IMG/VR virus record: IMGVR_UViG_3300045988_019695
Location: 1 to 64,000 of that record
DNA from: a virus
Reading direction: 5' to 3' (one strand)
Length of the DNA: 64,000 nt
The notes beneath the pieces are model-generated. The model saw nothing but the letters and a program-made list of their open reading frames with translations. It did not search any database and had not been told where the DNA came from. Shown here in pieces: positions 15,001 to 28,210 of the stretch. The stretch's first letter is position 1, and every line of letters begins with the position of its first letter. The position numbers and the translations under genes were made by a program.

Positions 15001-16248
15001 ATTCAATATCGCCTGTCCCTTAGGTCCTAAAAACGCACCACCAATAGCAGCTGTTGTATTTATTGCTGCTGCTATTCTACCTGCAGTAGACGCATTAGAA
15101 GCTGCTATTTGTGACGGCATTTCGTATTGCCAATATTCTGGAGAAAAAACACTAGCATTAGCATATCTCTATTTCTTTTTATTGTAGTCGTCACTAAGAG
15201 GGAACCACTTCTCATCAGCCTATCTATATCTTACATGCTTTTCGTAATCATCTTGCGCCCCTTTTATTTCTGCATTGAGCTAATTCTAAAAATCTGTATA
15301 GTCATCAATTTGTGCAACAAGAGAATCTTTTAAAGATAAACCTTTATACTTTCTCTTGTTATTATCAATATTTTTATCGTATATGTACTAATGGGCCGCC
15401 TAAGCAAACTTCTCTTTACTATTAGTTTTCTTTGTAACATCGCTTACAGTATTATGTACGCCAAATGCACTAGAGGCACTAAGACTTGCTCCCATTTTGC
15501 TAAATGTATCAAAAAGGAAACCTGCAGCTCCTGCTAATCCTTCTTTAACAGAATCCCATACATTATCCATGTCGTGCTGAGCTCTGAGCTATTCAGCTCT
15601 TTGCTCATACACTTCACCATCGTTTATCTATTTATCAAGCTATTTAATCTGACTATTTATTCTAATAATATTATGTTTATCCTAATTAGATAAATTATTT
15701 CTATTGTTAGAATAGTTTTGTAATTGCTGCTAAAGTTGTAATCTCTACAACTTTAACTCTTTATTTTTCTTAGCAAGATCTACTGTGGCAGATGTTTCTT
15801 TATTAAGCATAATCTTACCAGAAGCATTACTTGCTCTAACTTGGTCGGTAGATTTAAATATATCTCCGATCATTTCTTTATTAAAGAAGTCAGTAAAGCC
15901 AATTCCAGGCTAACCCCAAGATGGATCATTTGCATTAAATCCTCTTTTGTTATCAAGGTATTTCTCTGCCTTTTTTAATCTATCGTAGTATTTAGAAGCT
16001 TCTTTTGTTTCAGCCTCCTCTTTGTTGAAAGATTTAGACACATTTACATAATCTTTGTATCCTTTGTTAATAACTCTTTGTGTAGGAGAAGTGCTTTGGT
16101 ATCTAGCTAAATTGCTTCTAAACTTATTTGTAATCCTACTGTACGGCGTGCTATTATCACGTCTTATGTATCTAATAGGATCGTAAGTACTGCCTTCAGA
16201 TCCCCATGGGATTATATTAGGACTTACGTTCTTTATTCTATTTGCCAT
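1..16248 (-). CDS. Giant virion-associated protein, 3' end beyond window: zincin-like protease motif, crAss-type RNA polymerase catalytic motif, SF1 (RecD/Dda-like) helicase
   Basis: All minus sub-ORFs in the frame starting at plus position 1 mod 3 (211..471, 493..705, 862..1251, 4381..4656, 14392..14808, 14863..15120, 15910..16248 and others) are separated only by TAG in sampled lines. ATG at 16246-16248 (MANRIKNVSPNIIPWG). Motifs: HEAFH (9256..9270), DFDID (4468..4482), Walker A EGKAGTGKTT (near 1880), LLVIDEAS (near 1620), GDIGQIQP (near 1525), AHKSQGST (near 730), YTALTRPRK. Confidence 0.85.
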
Positions 16249-16253
16249 AGTTA

Positions 16254-18038
16254 TTATTTGTAATACTAATTATAAGTTTTGTTTATATTTGTCCATTTTG
16301 AAGAATGAGTAGAAGCATCGTAATCATTTATTGTAACGTTTCCACCATTATCATACCATTCTGTTCCAGGAATCATCTTTCCTCTATCTAATACCTTTTT
16401 GGTAGTTTTACCATTCTTGCCTTTCTGCGTAGTATAGCCCTTCTTTGTGAAAGAAACATCTCCTGCAGGCAATTCCTGATAAGCTGTATACTGTCCTTGC
16501 TGCTTTTTCAGAGACTTAATTAATGCCTTCCCTTCATCATCATCTTTAACATTTTCATCAGTGGTAATGTTTTTCCATTTGCCATTTATGAATTTATATT
16601 TGTTTCCGCTACTATCTCTATAAGTTCCATCTGTAATATATACAGTAACCTTTTGGTATACATGCATTCTTCCATCTCTTCCAACAATAGCTATACCATT
16701 TCTTGATGTTTCATCTGGAGTTACACCAAGAATTCTATTATTTTTATACAACTTATCTGTATATGTTTTATATATAGTCTTTCCGGTTGTAACAGAAGAT
16801 GCCTTTGTTCTAAGCTCTCCTTTTGTAAGTATTTTTCCTTTAACTTCGTTTGGACTATATCTGTATCCGTAATTTGCACTGAGTTTGTTTTTATTTACTC
16901 CAGTCCAAGCTGAATAGCCTCCTCTAGGCAAATCGAACGATACATTATTTATGTTAAAATTCTTGTTAGAGAACGCCTTTCCTTGAGCTCTAGACAAATA
17001 TCCTAAATTGCTACCATAGTTCTTTTCTCCAAAAGTATTAGTAGCAAAATAATTTTGTAGAGTAGATGAAGCCTAAGTCATAACGTCTGCAACAAGATTA
17101 TAATTTTCTTTATTGTTTCCTTTAGCCTACTATTTAGCAATTTCATTCGCATTCTTTTGCTCAAGCTCTTGCATATCCCATTCATGCTGCTGTTTTGCCA
17201 TTTCTCTCTAAAATGCTCTTTGTTTAGCAGCTTCGTTAGCCTGGAATTGCTGGTCATTAAGATGTAATTTAACCTGATCAGGTCTCCTATCAACCTACGT
17301 GTATTCTCTGTTGCGATCAATTATATCAGCTTTAAGGGCTTCAATGTCTCCACCATACATATTAAGATAATATCTGCCCAATTCAGATTTAGTCATATCT
17401 TTTATATTTGAGTCAAGAATCTACTGCATCTTCTTTGGAGACTTAGAATATACCTAATACATTCCTCCAGCTTTCTTGGTAGCTTCGTCATCATACTCAA
17501 GCTACATATTATCAAACAGATTACTTGTCCAGTCCTTAAGACTAGAATATTTAGATGGAGCTTCTTTGGTCCACATGCCATCTGTAGAAGGGTCCCATGA
17601 CTCAAGCGTCTTGCCACCCAATACAAACTTCTCAAATTCTGGGTCATATGTACCATTTCGCATAGCTTCTGCTCTATATTTCTAATAAGTCTTCATTGAC
17701 TCATTCTAAGCTTTAAGATTTGCTATTTCAGCGTATGGTATCTCTCTAATAATCTTAGCTATATATGCTCTACCTTCTGCTGATCTAAGAGGATCTATAC
17801 CATTCTAATATAAGTAATCAAGACCTTTGTTTACAGCTCCTCTAGTCTATTCGTAAAACTATTTATTAATATTGGCATTAGGGCCATAGAGTTCACCAAA
17901 TTCCTTAGCAAACTCTTTTTGATCCTGTACAGCCTAATTATATTGTTCTCTTGCAGCACTGATGTACTATGACATCATGTTGCTGTCCAGCAGGTCTATT
18001 ATAGGCACAGCTACTGGTTCATCATACATTCCTATCAT
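16254..18038 (-). CDS. Uncharacterised virion/cargo-type protein (TAG-recoded)
   Basis: Frame 0 ORF read through TAG; ATG at 18036-18038, TAA at 16254-16256. Includes track ORF 16266..16997. ATGA overlap with the upstream gene. Confidence 0.7.
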
Positions 18039-19519
18039 CTTGTCAGTCTTAAACTAGTTATATTATATGGATTATAATCAAATAACCCTCCTGCCCACAC
18101 TGGTGTAAATAATCCATTTGGGCCAAATCCGCCAGTATAATCACTAGAGAAATTAATTCTCTCATATGGAGTTCCAAATGCACCTCTTTGATACTACTCT
18201 TTAGATTTAGCCCAATTTCTTGTATATTTTGCAGATTCTGCCACTTTATCAGGATCTATATACCAATATTTTCCGTATGGAGCCTAAAGCTTATTTATAG
18301 TGTTATCACCATATTTTAAATCCATTACAGACATATCTAAATTTGGAATATTGGTTTGGCTTTTTGTATCAGTGCTTGCTGTGGTAGAACTGTTATTGTA
18401 AATAGCCTTTATAGCTTCTTTCTTGTTATCTACATCCTACTGATATATATCAAGGATGTCTCCATATTGCTTGTTCTTAATACGCTGAGATAGCCATTTC
18501 TGACCAAGTAATCCAAGATTAGCCAAGTGTGTTTCGATACCTTTAGTTCTAGCACCATATGCTCTATTGTAAGCATCCCAACCATACTGATTAGCCTGCT
18601 GCTGTCTAGAAGCCTCGCTATCACCTAATCTAGCAGCCATGTCAGCGTATGCGTTTCTATATGCAGCATTCTTCTCATCTACGCTCATAAGTGCGTTAGC
18701 AGCGTTTCTCTGAGCTCCTAATGCTAATGCTACTCTAGCATTCTATCTCTGTCCTCCTGTATAGCCTCCAGAATTAGCTATCTAATAAGCTGCTTGTCTA
18801 TCCTATGCATTAAGATTCTCAAGCGTAGAGTATGGAGATATTCTATTGCTAGCCATTGTTCTAAGAGCTATAGGGGCGTATCTATTAGCTGCGTAGATAT
18901 CTGGCATCTATGGACGCTCTCTATTCCACCTGTTGAGCATAGTACCTTCAAGGAGTGATGGGATAGAGTAACCAAAGTCCAATGTAGCATTAGATACTTT
19001 TCCTTTGCCGCCTTTAGTCCAGTTATTAAAGCTATTCTTTATGTCACCCCAGATTTCCTTTCCGCTAGCAAATCTATTCTTATCACAGTTATAGCTCTGT
19101 ATTTCATGCTGAGCCTACTATCTATCTGTAATCTACTTCATGGCCTACAGTATAGGAGCTTTAGCTCTATCGACCTACATCTTCTATAACTATGCTGTTT
19201 GCTTAGATAGTGAGCTCAATCCTGACTTCTTATTCATCTTCTTTTCTATGTTGTTATACATCTAAAGTTTAGCTGTAAGTGGTGCTATCTGGTCTGAGAA
19301 TTTCATTCCATTAGTCCAGTCTTTATCATTTCCTGCGATAACGTTTGAGTCATTCTCATGTACAGAACTAGGTTGATTATCTACGCCAACCTTTCCCTTT
19401 GTTACAAGTGTTCCAGTTCCGTTAGTATAGTCTATAATAGACTCACCTTTACCAACTAAACTATTTACAGGACCATACTAATAACCATTAGGTGTCCATA
19501 CTTTATTTGCATTTATCAT
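18035..19519 (-). CDS. Uncharacterised virion/cargo-type protein (TAG-recoded)
   Basis: Starts MINANKVWTPNGYQYGPVNS and ends ..DYNPYNITSLRLTR TGA at 18035; includes track ORF 18437..18688 in the same frame. Confidence 0.7.
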
Positions 19520-20306
19520 ATCTCGGTCTCTTTAAATCTTTTCCTCGGTTAGCGTATAACAGATCATCATATGTAGTACCGTTGTCCATATAATACTGCT
19601 GCTACAATCCTTCTGAAGCAGCTGATGATCTATTAACCTAATTAATTAAGTTTGCATTCTACTGTGCGTTCTATATCTTTTTGCGCTGTTTTTTTCTGGC
19701 TTTTTTACCTCCAAACAATCCAGCTATTCCTCCAATAATTGCTCCAGCAGCTCCTCCAATAAGTGTTCCAACTCCAGGAACAACAGATCCTATTGCAGCT
19801 CCTGCAGCTGCTCCAGATCCTGTCATAGCTAATGTGTTAGCTTTATTGGATGCTGATATATCAGCCATAGCCTAACTCTTGTCAATGTCATTCTAAGCCT
19901 AGTAGTTTACTCCAAAAGCCTAGTCAGTTCTTTGACCTGACATACTGAATAATTCTCCCTAACCTTTTACTGCTGCCTACTACTGATTAAATCCGCTTAT
20001 TACACCAAGTGTACCATTTACTGCTGAAGTTACAGTTCCTGCACCAACATTACCAAGCATACCTCCTGTAGATCCAATGCTACTACTTTTCCACGATCCT
20101 GGGTTAACGAATCCTTTAGGCATATTTATACCTTCGTTCATCTTCATTATATCGTTGGCAACGTTCTATTGATTTGATACGCCTAATTTTGCATCAAGGT
20201 TGTCAAGCTCACCTTGAGACTTATTAGTATAAGCCTGCTATCTAAGATCCTATCCGATATTAAACTTAGGAAGATTATTTATTCTTTTTCTCTATCTTAA
20301 CTCCAT
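19503..20306 (-). CDS. Small virion protein with Ala/Gly-rich hydrophobic segment
   Basis: MELRQRKRINNLPKFNIGQ... through ..GSGAAAGAAIGSVVPGVGTLIGGAAGAIIGGIAGLFGGKK.. to TAA at 19503; several in-frame TAGs. Confidence 0.7.
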
Positions 20307-23300
20307 GATAATCTATATTTAGTTGTAATAAACTGTATAGCAGCAGTATATCTTGGTTTCTCGCTTGTTATCTCGCATACCATATACTTACCTCTTATTC
20401 TATCTCCATACAAACCTCCTGCTCTAGGTATTGCAAATCTATGATTATTCTCACGAAGAGTTATGCTATTCTCAAGAGTAGAATCAGACTTAATCATAGG
20501 AGTCTCCCATGTGTATTTGTGGCCTATAGAGAAGTAATCGTCTTTGTCATATACTGGTCTACCTTGTAAGTCTTCCTGTGTTACAATAGACTGATTATCG
20601 AATACCTTAGTAACTAAAGGCTGCTGATTAACAGTATATTTAACATAGCACTTAATAAACTACCTATTAGTGTCCTTTAATCCATCATCGCTCATGTAAT
20701 CGTAGTGGAAGATATTTACCTCATCATCAATTGTGTTAATCAAGTACAGTCCATTAAAGAACTATGCATATCCTTCGAAAGGCATTGTATACACTGAAGT
20801 AAACTTACCTATAGCTTCATTGAAAGCGATCTATTGTTTATCCTTAAAGACATTGAATACGAGCTCATTATTCTTATTATCGTAGAACACTCCAGAAGAT
20901 CCATCTGCCTTAGCATTCATTAAGCTCTATACTTTTCCTTGTTTACTAAGCTCTACAACATTCTCTCCATTAAACATACAGATAACATTGTTATGTGTGT
21001 CACACCAGTATGCACCACCATTAGAAGATGCTACACAGAACTATTGTTTACACATTCCATACGTATTGCTAAGATAGTCGTATCTTGACAGAACTCCACC
21101 ATCTCCAAGTATCACATCATTACCAGAGTTGTCTGTAGTAATACTACGTTCATTTACGCTAAGTATACCGAATGCTTTCTGCTGCCAGAACAATAAGTTA
21201 TTCTTAAACTTATAGATATCAGTTATAGGACCATACTGTTGATCTACATCAATGAAGTTTGAACTTCTAAACTTACACCAACTATCGATAATCTCATCAT
21301 TTGTCTTTAGATCTGAGTAGTATACTCTTGTGTCTATAGTCTTATTGTAGTCCTCCTTATTAAGATCATCGTAGATCGCATGTGGTCTGCTAGTATTCTA
21401 TGTATTATATACAGTATTGTAAACGAACTAAGGATCATCCTATGTGTAAGCTTCTGTTATCTAAGCAGGCTCTTCCTGGATGAATGATGCGTAATTATCT
21501 GCTGCGTTTACACTAAACTACCAACCGTACTCAAGCTTAGTCCAGATGTTAGATTCTGTAGGAATAGAGTAGGTAATCATATGCGTACTAGGGAATTTTA
21601 ATTCTGCGTCAGATTTATTTGTATATACACCGTATATCTTATGCATAGAGGTATATTCGAATATTTCTATATTACAATCTCCGTTGTACACATCATTCCA
21701 GTCATCTGAAGCTTTAAAGTAATTGCCGTTACCGAAATATACATTAGTAAGTCTATTTACGAACGACTGGCCTCCATATGGAGTTATTTGCTGTCTAAAG
21801 TTACATAAGAATGTACCAAGCAAGCTAGATCTAACATATTCGTTGATTATATTTATCTATTCATCAGAACTATTTAAAGCGTAGTATTTACTAGTTTTTA
21901 CACTATTTGTTACAGCGTCATTCTTGTCTTCGCATGAGAATAAAAGACATCTACCTCCAGCTCCCCATAGAACATGCTTTCCTGCTTTTTCTGTACCATC
22001 ACCAGTAAATCCTCCGCCAAATTTTCCGAAGTTACTAAACACTTCTGCATCTGTATCTGTAGCAAGGCCTCCGGTTATAGCATTAACAAACAAATGACCA
22101 CCAGACGATACGGCGTAATTAGAAAACTATTTAGAGCTTCTTTCTTCCTTTCCGTCTTTATTATAGTTCCTTTTAAATAGTTTATTCCATTCAATCTACT
22201 CTACAGTTTTAAAGTCTATTACTTTTCTATAATTACCTAATACATCTACATCCGTAGATCCAATAAATGTATCTGTGGCATTAGATGACTCGTACAGTTT
22301 AATGTAACCAAATGCTTTCTGCTGTATATATATTCCGTTTTTATCAGTTACTTCAGCAATTTTAGAATCTGTATTGTATCGTACGTACATAGGATCTCTT
22401 TCGTATACAGAACTCTTTATAGGATAGAATGAATATGACCTTTTTTTACCTAGCATATTATCTTTAAACGCCCAAGGGTTTATTCTTTGCATCAAATCAA
22501 GATTAAGAAGAGCATCAAGATATACTATATTCTAGTGATCATCTGTTGTAAACTCTACATTCTCTACATATCTCTTTGCTAATCCTTGTTCTGTATCAAC
22601 ATACGTTTCGAGTGTACAATTAGATATTCCAGGAACTATAAATTTATGTTTAATTACTCCGAATTTAGTTCTTAATGCATCTCCGTTTGCTGCTGGAGAA
22701 TCATATAGCTAGTCATTAAATTTACTGTCTCCTCTAGCTCCAAATAAAAACAATGGTGTTTCTATATAGTACTTTTTATCTTTTATAAACGTTTTAAATG
22801 ATTCAGGTTGATAGCATACTTCTTTAGATATAAATTGCAACAAACTATTATTCGCCAAGTTTGTCATACACTGATATTCTGTATTGGTATCCTCTCCAGA
22901 CATTTGGTTTACGCATCCATATCCTTCTATAAACATACCAGTTGTTAAGAATCCGGTAGGACAATATGTATGATACTTTGTTATCATATATCCATCTTCC
23001 ATTCCGCTTTTATCAAATGCTCTATTATACGTGTTAACAACAGGTTTGCTAAGTACACCCTATGATATAGTAGCCATATCTTCTTCATGTCTAGCGCATC
23101 TTACAATCTGATAACCAACACATCCTGCAGGTAGATTACTAACCTTAAACTGTATACCAAGATTACGTACAACAAGTTCATATCTAGTATCATTAACCTT
23201 AGTATTAGATGTAAAGATATTAAACTGATGATCAGTCATATTAGGGGTCCTAATATCAGCTATCCACTTAGCAGGAGAAGCTTGTCCGTACTTATCATAC

Positions 23301-24892
23301 AAAACAATGCCATATCTGTACAATTCGTTGCGTCTAAGCGACTGTAACAAGTATGTGTTAGACTTTATACCCTTATCGAATTTATCGCCGTTAGAAGCAA
23401 GCTAAACGTCTCCAGAGCTTGTTATATAGTAGTTCTTCTACTGTTTAACATTATCTCTGCTCACATAATTGTATAGAGTACCAACCTTTCTAGTATAGTC
23501 ATCGGAATCTTTAAATTGTCTTTTACAGCTGTCTCCAACCTGTGGTGATATAATAAACCTCCACTCAACATTAAGACCGCTACCGCCAATATATGAGCCT
23601 GTTTTGTCATATACTTGATTAATTCCGTCTATTTTCTATTTTGTGTTTATATCATTGTAAGGCTAGAAACAGTCATGATTAGCTGGTACATTAGGTATAT
23701 TATTAGCCTTTATATCTATCTTATTACCTCCGTTTACATCAGTAAGAGTACAGTTACCATTCTTATCGAATCTATAAGCTCTAGCATCCCAGTCTTCAAA
23801 GTCTTTAATAGTAGTCTGATATGTCTTTGTATTAGCAGCAAATAAGTATCCATTCTTAATAGCTAATGAGTTAGGAATAATCCTTACTCCCTACATACTA
23901 TTGTATTCTTCTACACTTATCTATTCAAGAGCTTCTTGACCTGTATCGCATATACTTATATCAGCATCTACGTCTTTTGTACAACCTGTATCGGCATCGT
24001 ATATTACAGATATAGTAGGCATCTAGCCATTCTGCAAGTATTGTATTCTAAATACCTTAATCTTACCAAGGTATACATACTCTTTGGAAATCTGTATAGA
24101 TACCATTACACCACTGTTAGACTATGCGTCAAGCTTACCTCCAGATTGTGTGAAGTTCTAGCTGTCTACAAAGTTGTAGTTTCCGATAGGTATCTATTTA
24201 CAAGCTACAGATACATCTGAATGTTGGCCATGCTTATTGTACAGCATATAACTGTAAGACACCATGCTATACTTCAGCTTTCCAGGAATGTAACACTCAA
24301 ACTTAGGAGGCTAGCATGGAGCTGTAGGATATATATAACACTTATCAAGGTCATCATATACAGTCTTAGACATTATATTGAATACAAGGATAGTGTCCAA
24401 AGAGTCTGCTACATAAAGCTTTATATTATCCTCACTCTCATAGTTAAGCTGTATACTAAACTTATCTGGATAGTTAGTATGAGCAAGAGGTGCGTTAACA
24501 ATTAAGTCTGGAGCATTAAGATAATAGAAGTCTTGGTTATGTAAAGCTCCACCTATCGCATTCTTAAATCTAAATACAACAAGCGTTTCTGTATCATTGT
24601 TCTTACATGTACATACTACAACTCCATAATCTCTTATAGAACCTGTAGCTACAACCTTAAAGTTCTTATAACTTTCAGGCATTCCACTTATAATACATGC
24701 TACCTTAGCTCCCTTAATAGGAGTAAGTACACCATTTCTATTCTCCTTAGAACCATCATTACCATCCTTATACTACGATATTCTTATATTTGTAGCATCA
24801 AGGTACTGATTTGTAGAAACAACAGATATATCATCATCGCTATTAAGACCTCCAGCAAAACTATTAATTTGTGGTTCAGTATTAGTATCCAT
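20297..24892 (-). CDS. Large tail protein (tail hub/muzzle class), ~1,530 codons
   Basis: Starts MDTNTEPQINSFAGGLNSDDDISVVSTNQYLDATNIRI; sub-ORFs 24311..24682, 23060..23350, 22709..23002, 22196..22495, 21857..22093, 21518..21823 and 20297..20497 share one frame separated by TAG; TAA at 20297. The assignment rests on position and the GGLNsDD..YLDATNIR start. Confidence 0.65.
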
Positions 24893-25745
24893 AGCAATAA
24901 TCGTTAAAGTTTAATTGTTTTTCTCCAGTATTTTTGAAGAAGTTCTCATCATCATCCCACTCTGGGATAAGTTTTGTCCACTCATTCTTTATTGTAAGCA
25001 TCTCACTATCATTAGGCATCATAGCCTCAGCATAAGCCTAATTTCTATAGAAGTTCCATTGCTGCTGTATGTAGAAGTATGTATTCTAGTTGTATCTAGC
25101 TTTACCTCCAAGAGAACCTTTAAGGAACTTAGGGAAACTTAACTTCATCATTACGTACCAGTATATAGCTTCCTAGTATGAAGCTAAATCTGGAATAAGA
25201 GGATAACCTCTTTCGTCTGTAGCAATAGCTTTGTAAGACAGCTTAGCAAAGCCTTCTTCTTTGTTAAATACAATCCATCCTGGTTTAATCCAATATGATG
25301 GACTACCGTTCTTTTTATCTCTAATAGCGTCCAATAAAGCAGTGCTCCCATTAATGCCTAAAAGCTGAGACCTATGAGTAATCAAAGGGGTCCCAGCTGG
25401 CTGTATAGGATGATAATGATGCATAGCTTTAGTGTTAGTATTAAATTTGAATGAGCTCTCGTCTTTTCGTGCCTAAACCCAATTTGTTCCATTGTTTGAA
25501 TAGGCTACAGCTGTCAAGGATTCTAGATCTTCAGGAAGCGGAACTTGATGTTCGTGTATTTCAAATATAGGTACACAATCCTCGCCAGATTCTTTCTATA
25601 CATACTATACTGGAGCCCCAATCTTTTCGACAGCCTCGAAGATCCATTCACGTATATCTGTAATACGAATATTCTTCTCAGACATGTCTGCATCAGCCAT
25701 AATCTTAGCTATAACTGACTCACATTTTGTATACTTGTATATCAT
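24882..25745 (-). CDS. Putative tail/ring protein
   Basis: MIYKYTKCESVIAKIMADADMSEKNIRI... includes 25173..25424; TAA at 24882. Confidence 0.55.
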
Positions 25746-26190
25746 CTATATTTATATAATCTTGTTTATTAAATATAAGTTGAGCAAGGTGTCTTTTATT
25801 CTATCTTACCATACATAGCTAGTACTTATACCTAGCCGAGAATATCTTTGGTACCTTTGACCAATATAACCTGTATTTATAACCATTAGAGTGCTCGTTC
25901 AAATGATATATTCTCTTACCCTCTTCATTACTTGACTTATAGTCTACAGACAATGACTTTTCTGTATAACCTTTAGGCTTATACTTAACTATACATATAG
26001 CACCTAAGCCATAAGGCATTTTAAAGGGCTGTGAGCGCTCTAAAATATCTTCCTTGACAACTTTATTAAATTCGTCTATAATGCGCTTATATCGCGCGTA
26101 ATTAAGCTCTACGTCGTTCTTTTTAACGTAGTCTCTATATATATCAGCTATTGTGTAGCTTTTTTTATTTTTCCTTATCCTAAGGACCAT
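25720..26190 (-). CDS. Hypothetical protein
   Basis: MVLRIRKNKKSYTIADIYRDYVKKNDVELNYARYKRIIDEF..; TAG at 25819 read through to TGA at 25720. Confidence 0.6.
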
Positions 26191-26851
26191 TTGGTTTTAC
26201 ACTAGATAATGTTGAGTTGTTGCTATCATCACTTGGTCTCTTAAGCATAAATGCAAGCTCATTTGTCATAATAGCCTTCTTAATATCAGGTATCATCCAA
26301 CCAGGAATAGTAACATCATCTTCACCATCTGCATAACCTTCTGGGTCTATGTTGCCTGTGACATATATAGATTCTATATTGTCCAGGTTTGAGCCTTCTA
26401 TATAGATGTAGCCATTATCGAACCAACATGTAGGTTCATTGTATGTGTATCGTCTAAATCTATGGAAGTGCTTCCTTTGGTTGAACATGTATTGTATAGG
26501 ACAATAGTTCTAATCATATACGCTTATAATATCACTTTCACTATCCTCAGTTGTAAGAACCTTCTCTTTAGTCTTTTTGAACATGTAGCCACAGCAATCA
26601 TCTTCAGCTGAATTGTTCCAGTCTTCGAGCTCTAAAGGACCTATTGTTGTAGAGTCAATAGTATCTGATGGCTCTGTATCATCACCAGTCTATTCATCCT
26701 ACTCTGCCTACTTCTTAGCAAGGTAAGCTCTATACTATATAACCCACGATGCTATTTGAGCTCTAGAGAGATCTTCACTTTCGCTAATGTTGTTATTCCG
26801 TACAATCAGCAGTATGTCGTCTATAATTGTACGCAGTGAAAACATTTTCAT
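26165..26851 (-). CDS. Hypothetical protein
   Basis: MKMFSLRTIIDDILLIVRNNISESEDLSRAQIASWVI...VKPNGPQDKEK, TAA at 26165; ATGA overlap with the upstream gene. Confidence 0.6.
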
Positions 26852-27513
26852 ATCGCTTCAATTATTCTTACACTATCTTCTTTAAGTAGATCGTTTGTGT
26901 TATGTATTTTGTACTTATATACGTCTTTCTTTTTCCAATCGAATGTAATTAATCTCTTAAAGAAGTTCTTTTTGTTTTTATATTCTCTATGTTTGTAAAT
27001 GTAAAGGTACTATGTATTCTATACATCAAGCTTAATATTAACGCTATCTTTACCGATTGTATAGTATACTTTAGTAAGGTCATTATATTGTAAACTATCT
27101 TTATAGACTGAATCTTTAATTATAGTTACTATATCACCCCCTACCCCCTTACTCTTACTAACGTTTAAAATCTACTTTTGAGTTGCTGCTACCTAAATTT
27201 CTTTGCTTTTTAGCTTCTCTACCTTGCGTACAGAATCCAACTACTATACAAGCTTATCGTTATAATCTTTAAGATTTTTCATGTCTAGCCTTAAAACACC
27301 AGAAGCCTACTAGGCACCATTCAAGGCATCCTAATAGGCTTCAATGTTATTATTTGCCATTTTAAGCTCATCTGAGAGCCTATTAGCTTTGTTGTGGTAG
27401 AATATACCAGACGCTAAGCAAAAGGCCACTAGAAGGCCTAAAACGGTATTAAGCAGCGTTTTGTAGTTGTTCTTTATTTTTGTTAATATCTACTACATAA
27501 GCATTGCTTTCAT
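26848..27513 (-). CDS. Rz/spanin-like lysis protein (N-terminal TM plus coiled coil)
   Basis: MKAMLMQQILTKIKNNYKTLLNTVLGLLVAFCLASGIFYHNKANRLSDELKMANNNIEAYQDALNGAQQASGVLRLDMKNLKDYNDKLVQLDSVRKVEKLK...; no track ORF because of many TAG codons; TGA at 26848. Confidence 0.6.
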
Positions 27514-27754
27514 TATTGCTCAAATATTCTTTTAAATATGTTTTCATCTCACCAAATTTGCCCTGTATATAAATAGATACTCCATAGATACTAGCCGAAT
27601 AAACTAATGTTTGGGCTACAAACCCTAGTACTCCTGTGGAGATTTCACCCTATTGTAAATACTATACCCAGGTGAGAACCTAGCCGCTCAAGAACGCGAG
27701 ACATGCGGTTGAATATTGAATCTTCTCGCGCCAAGTTCCTGTTACCTTACTCAT
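27449..27754 (-). CDS. Putative holin
   Basis: 101 aa: MSKVTGTWREKIQYSTACLAFLSGQVLTWVQYLQQGEISTGVLGFVAQTLVYSASIYGVSIYIQGKFGEMKTYLKEYL.. with two hydrophobic segments; overlaps both neighbours. Confidence 0.6.
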
Positions 27755-28176
27755 TTTATCTCAATAGTCACCTTTCCATTAGAACAAGCTTCCTTTATTA
27801 GTGGATAGAACTTGTTTATGGTAGCTCTTGAGTTAAGGACCATTCCAACCTTTTTGTTTTCTCCAAGTAGTAAACAACCTTCAGTGTCTGTACTTGAATT
27901 TCCAGAATGTATACGAATACCTTCAAATGATGGTACATTCATCAATTGTGGAGTATACTTCTTAAATCTAGGTGAATATGTCCACTTGATCTCATAAGTT
28001 CCGTAAGGTATTGCTGTTTTGGCATATACCTTTTTCTCTCCGTTATCAAATTTACCGTTCTTATTAAGATCCCTAACAGTGTCTTCGAGTGTATCACAAA
28101 AATAGTTACCATCGACGTACAACCGTCCAATGGTGTATGTGGAGCGTAAGGCAATTCTTTTTAATGTTAATTTCAT
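27751..28176 (-). CDS. DUF5675-like protein
   Basis: Uninterrupted 141 aa: LYVDGNYFCDTLEDTVRDLNKNGKF..KTAIPYGTYEIKWTYSPRF..GIRIHSGNSSTDTEGCLLLG; family recognised from memory. Confidence 0.65.
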   Translation of the reverse strand: MKLTLKRIALRSTYTIGRLYVDGNYFCDTLEDTVRDLNKNGKFDNGEKKVYAKTAIPYGTYEIKWTYSPRFKKYTPQLMNVPSFEGIRIHSGNSSTDTEGCLLLGENKKVGMVLNSRATINKFYPLIKEACSNGKVTIEIK

Positions 28177-28210
28177 TATTTTATTATAAATAATATTATA
28201 TGAAACAAAA

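Noticed and set aside
12679-15120. Interpreting same-frame short minus ORFs as many separate small genes or a decaying pseudogene
   Set aside because: Interruptions are exclusively TAG in the lines checked, conserved motifs span them, and no TAA/TGA or frameshift was found in the sampled lines.
17078-18624. Minus ORFs 17078..17320, 17402..17656 and 18430..18624 as genes
   Set aside because: They lie out of frame with the long TAG-readthrough ORFs 16254..18038 and 18035..19519, whose translations have sensible composition and an ATGA junction.
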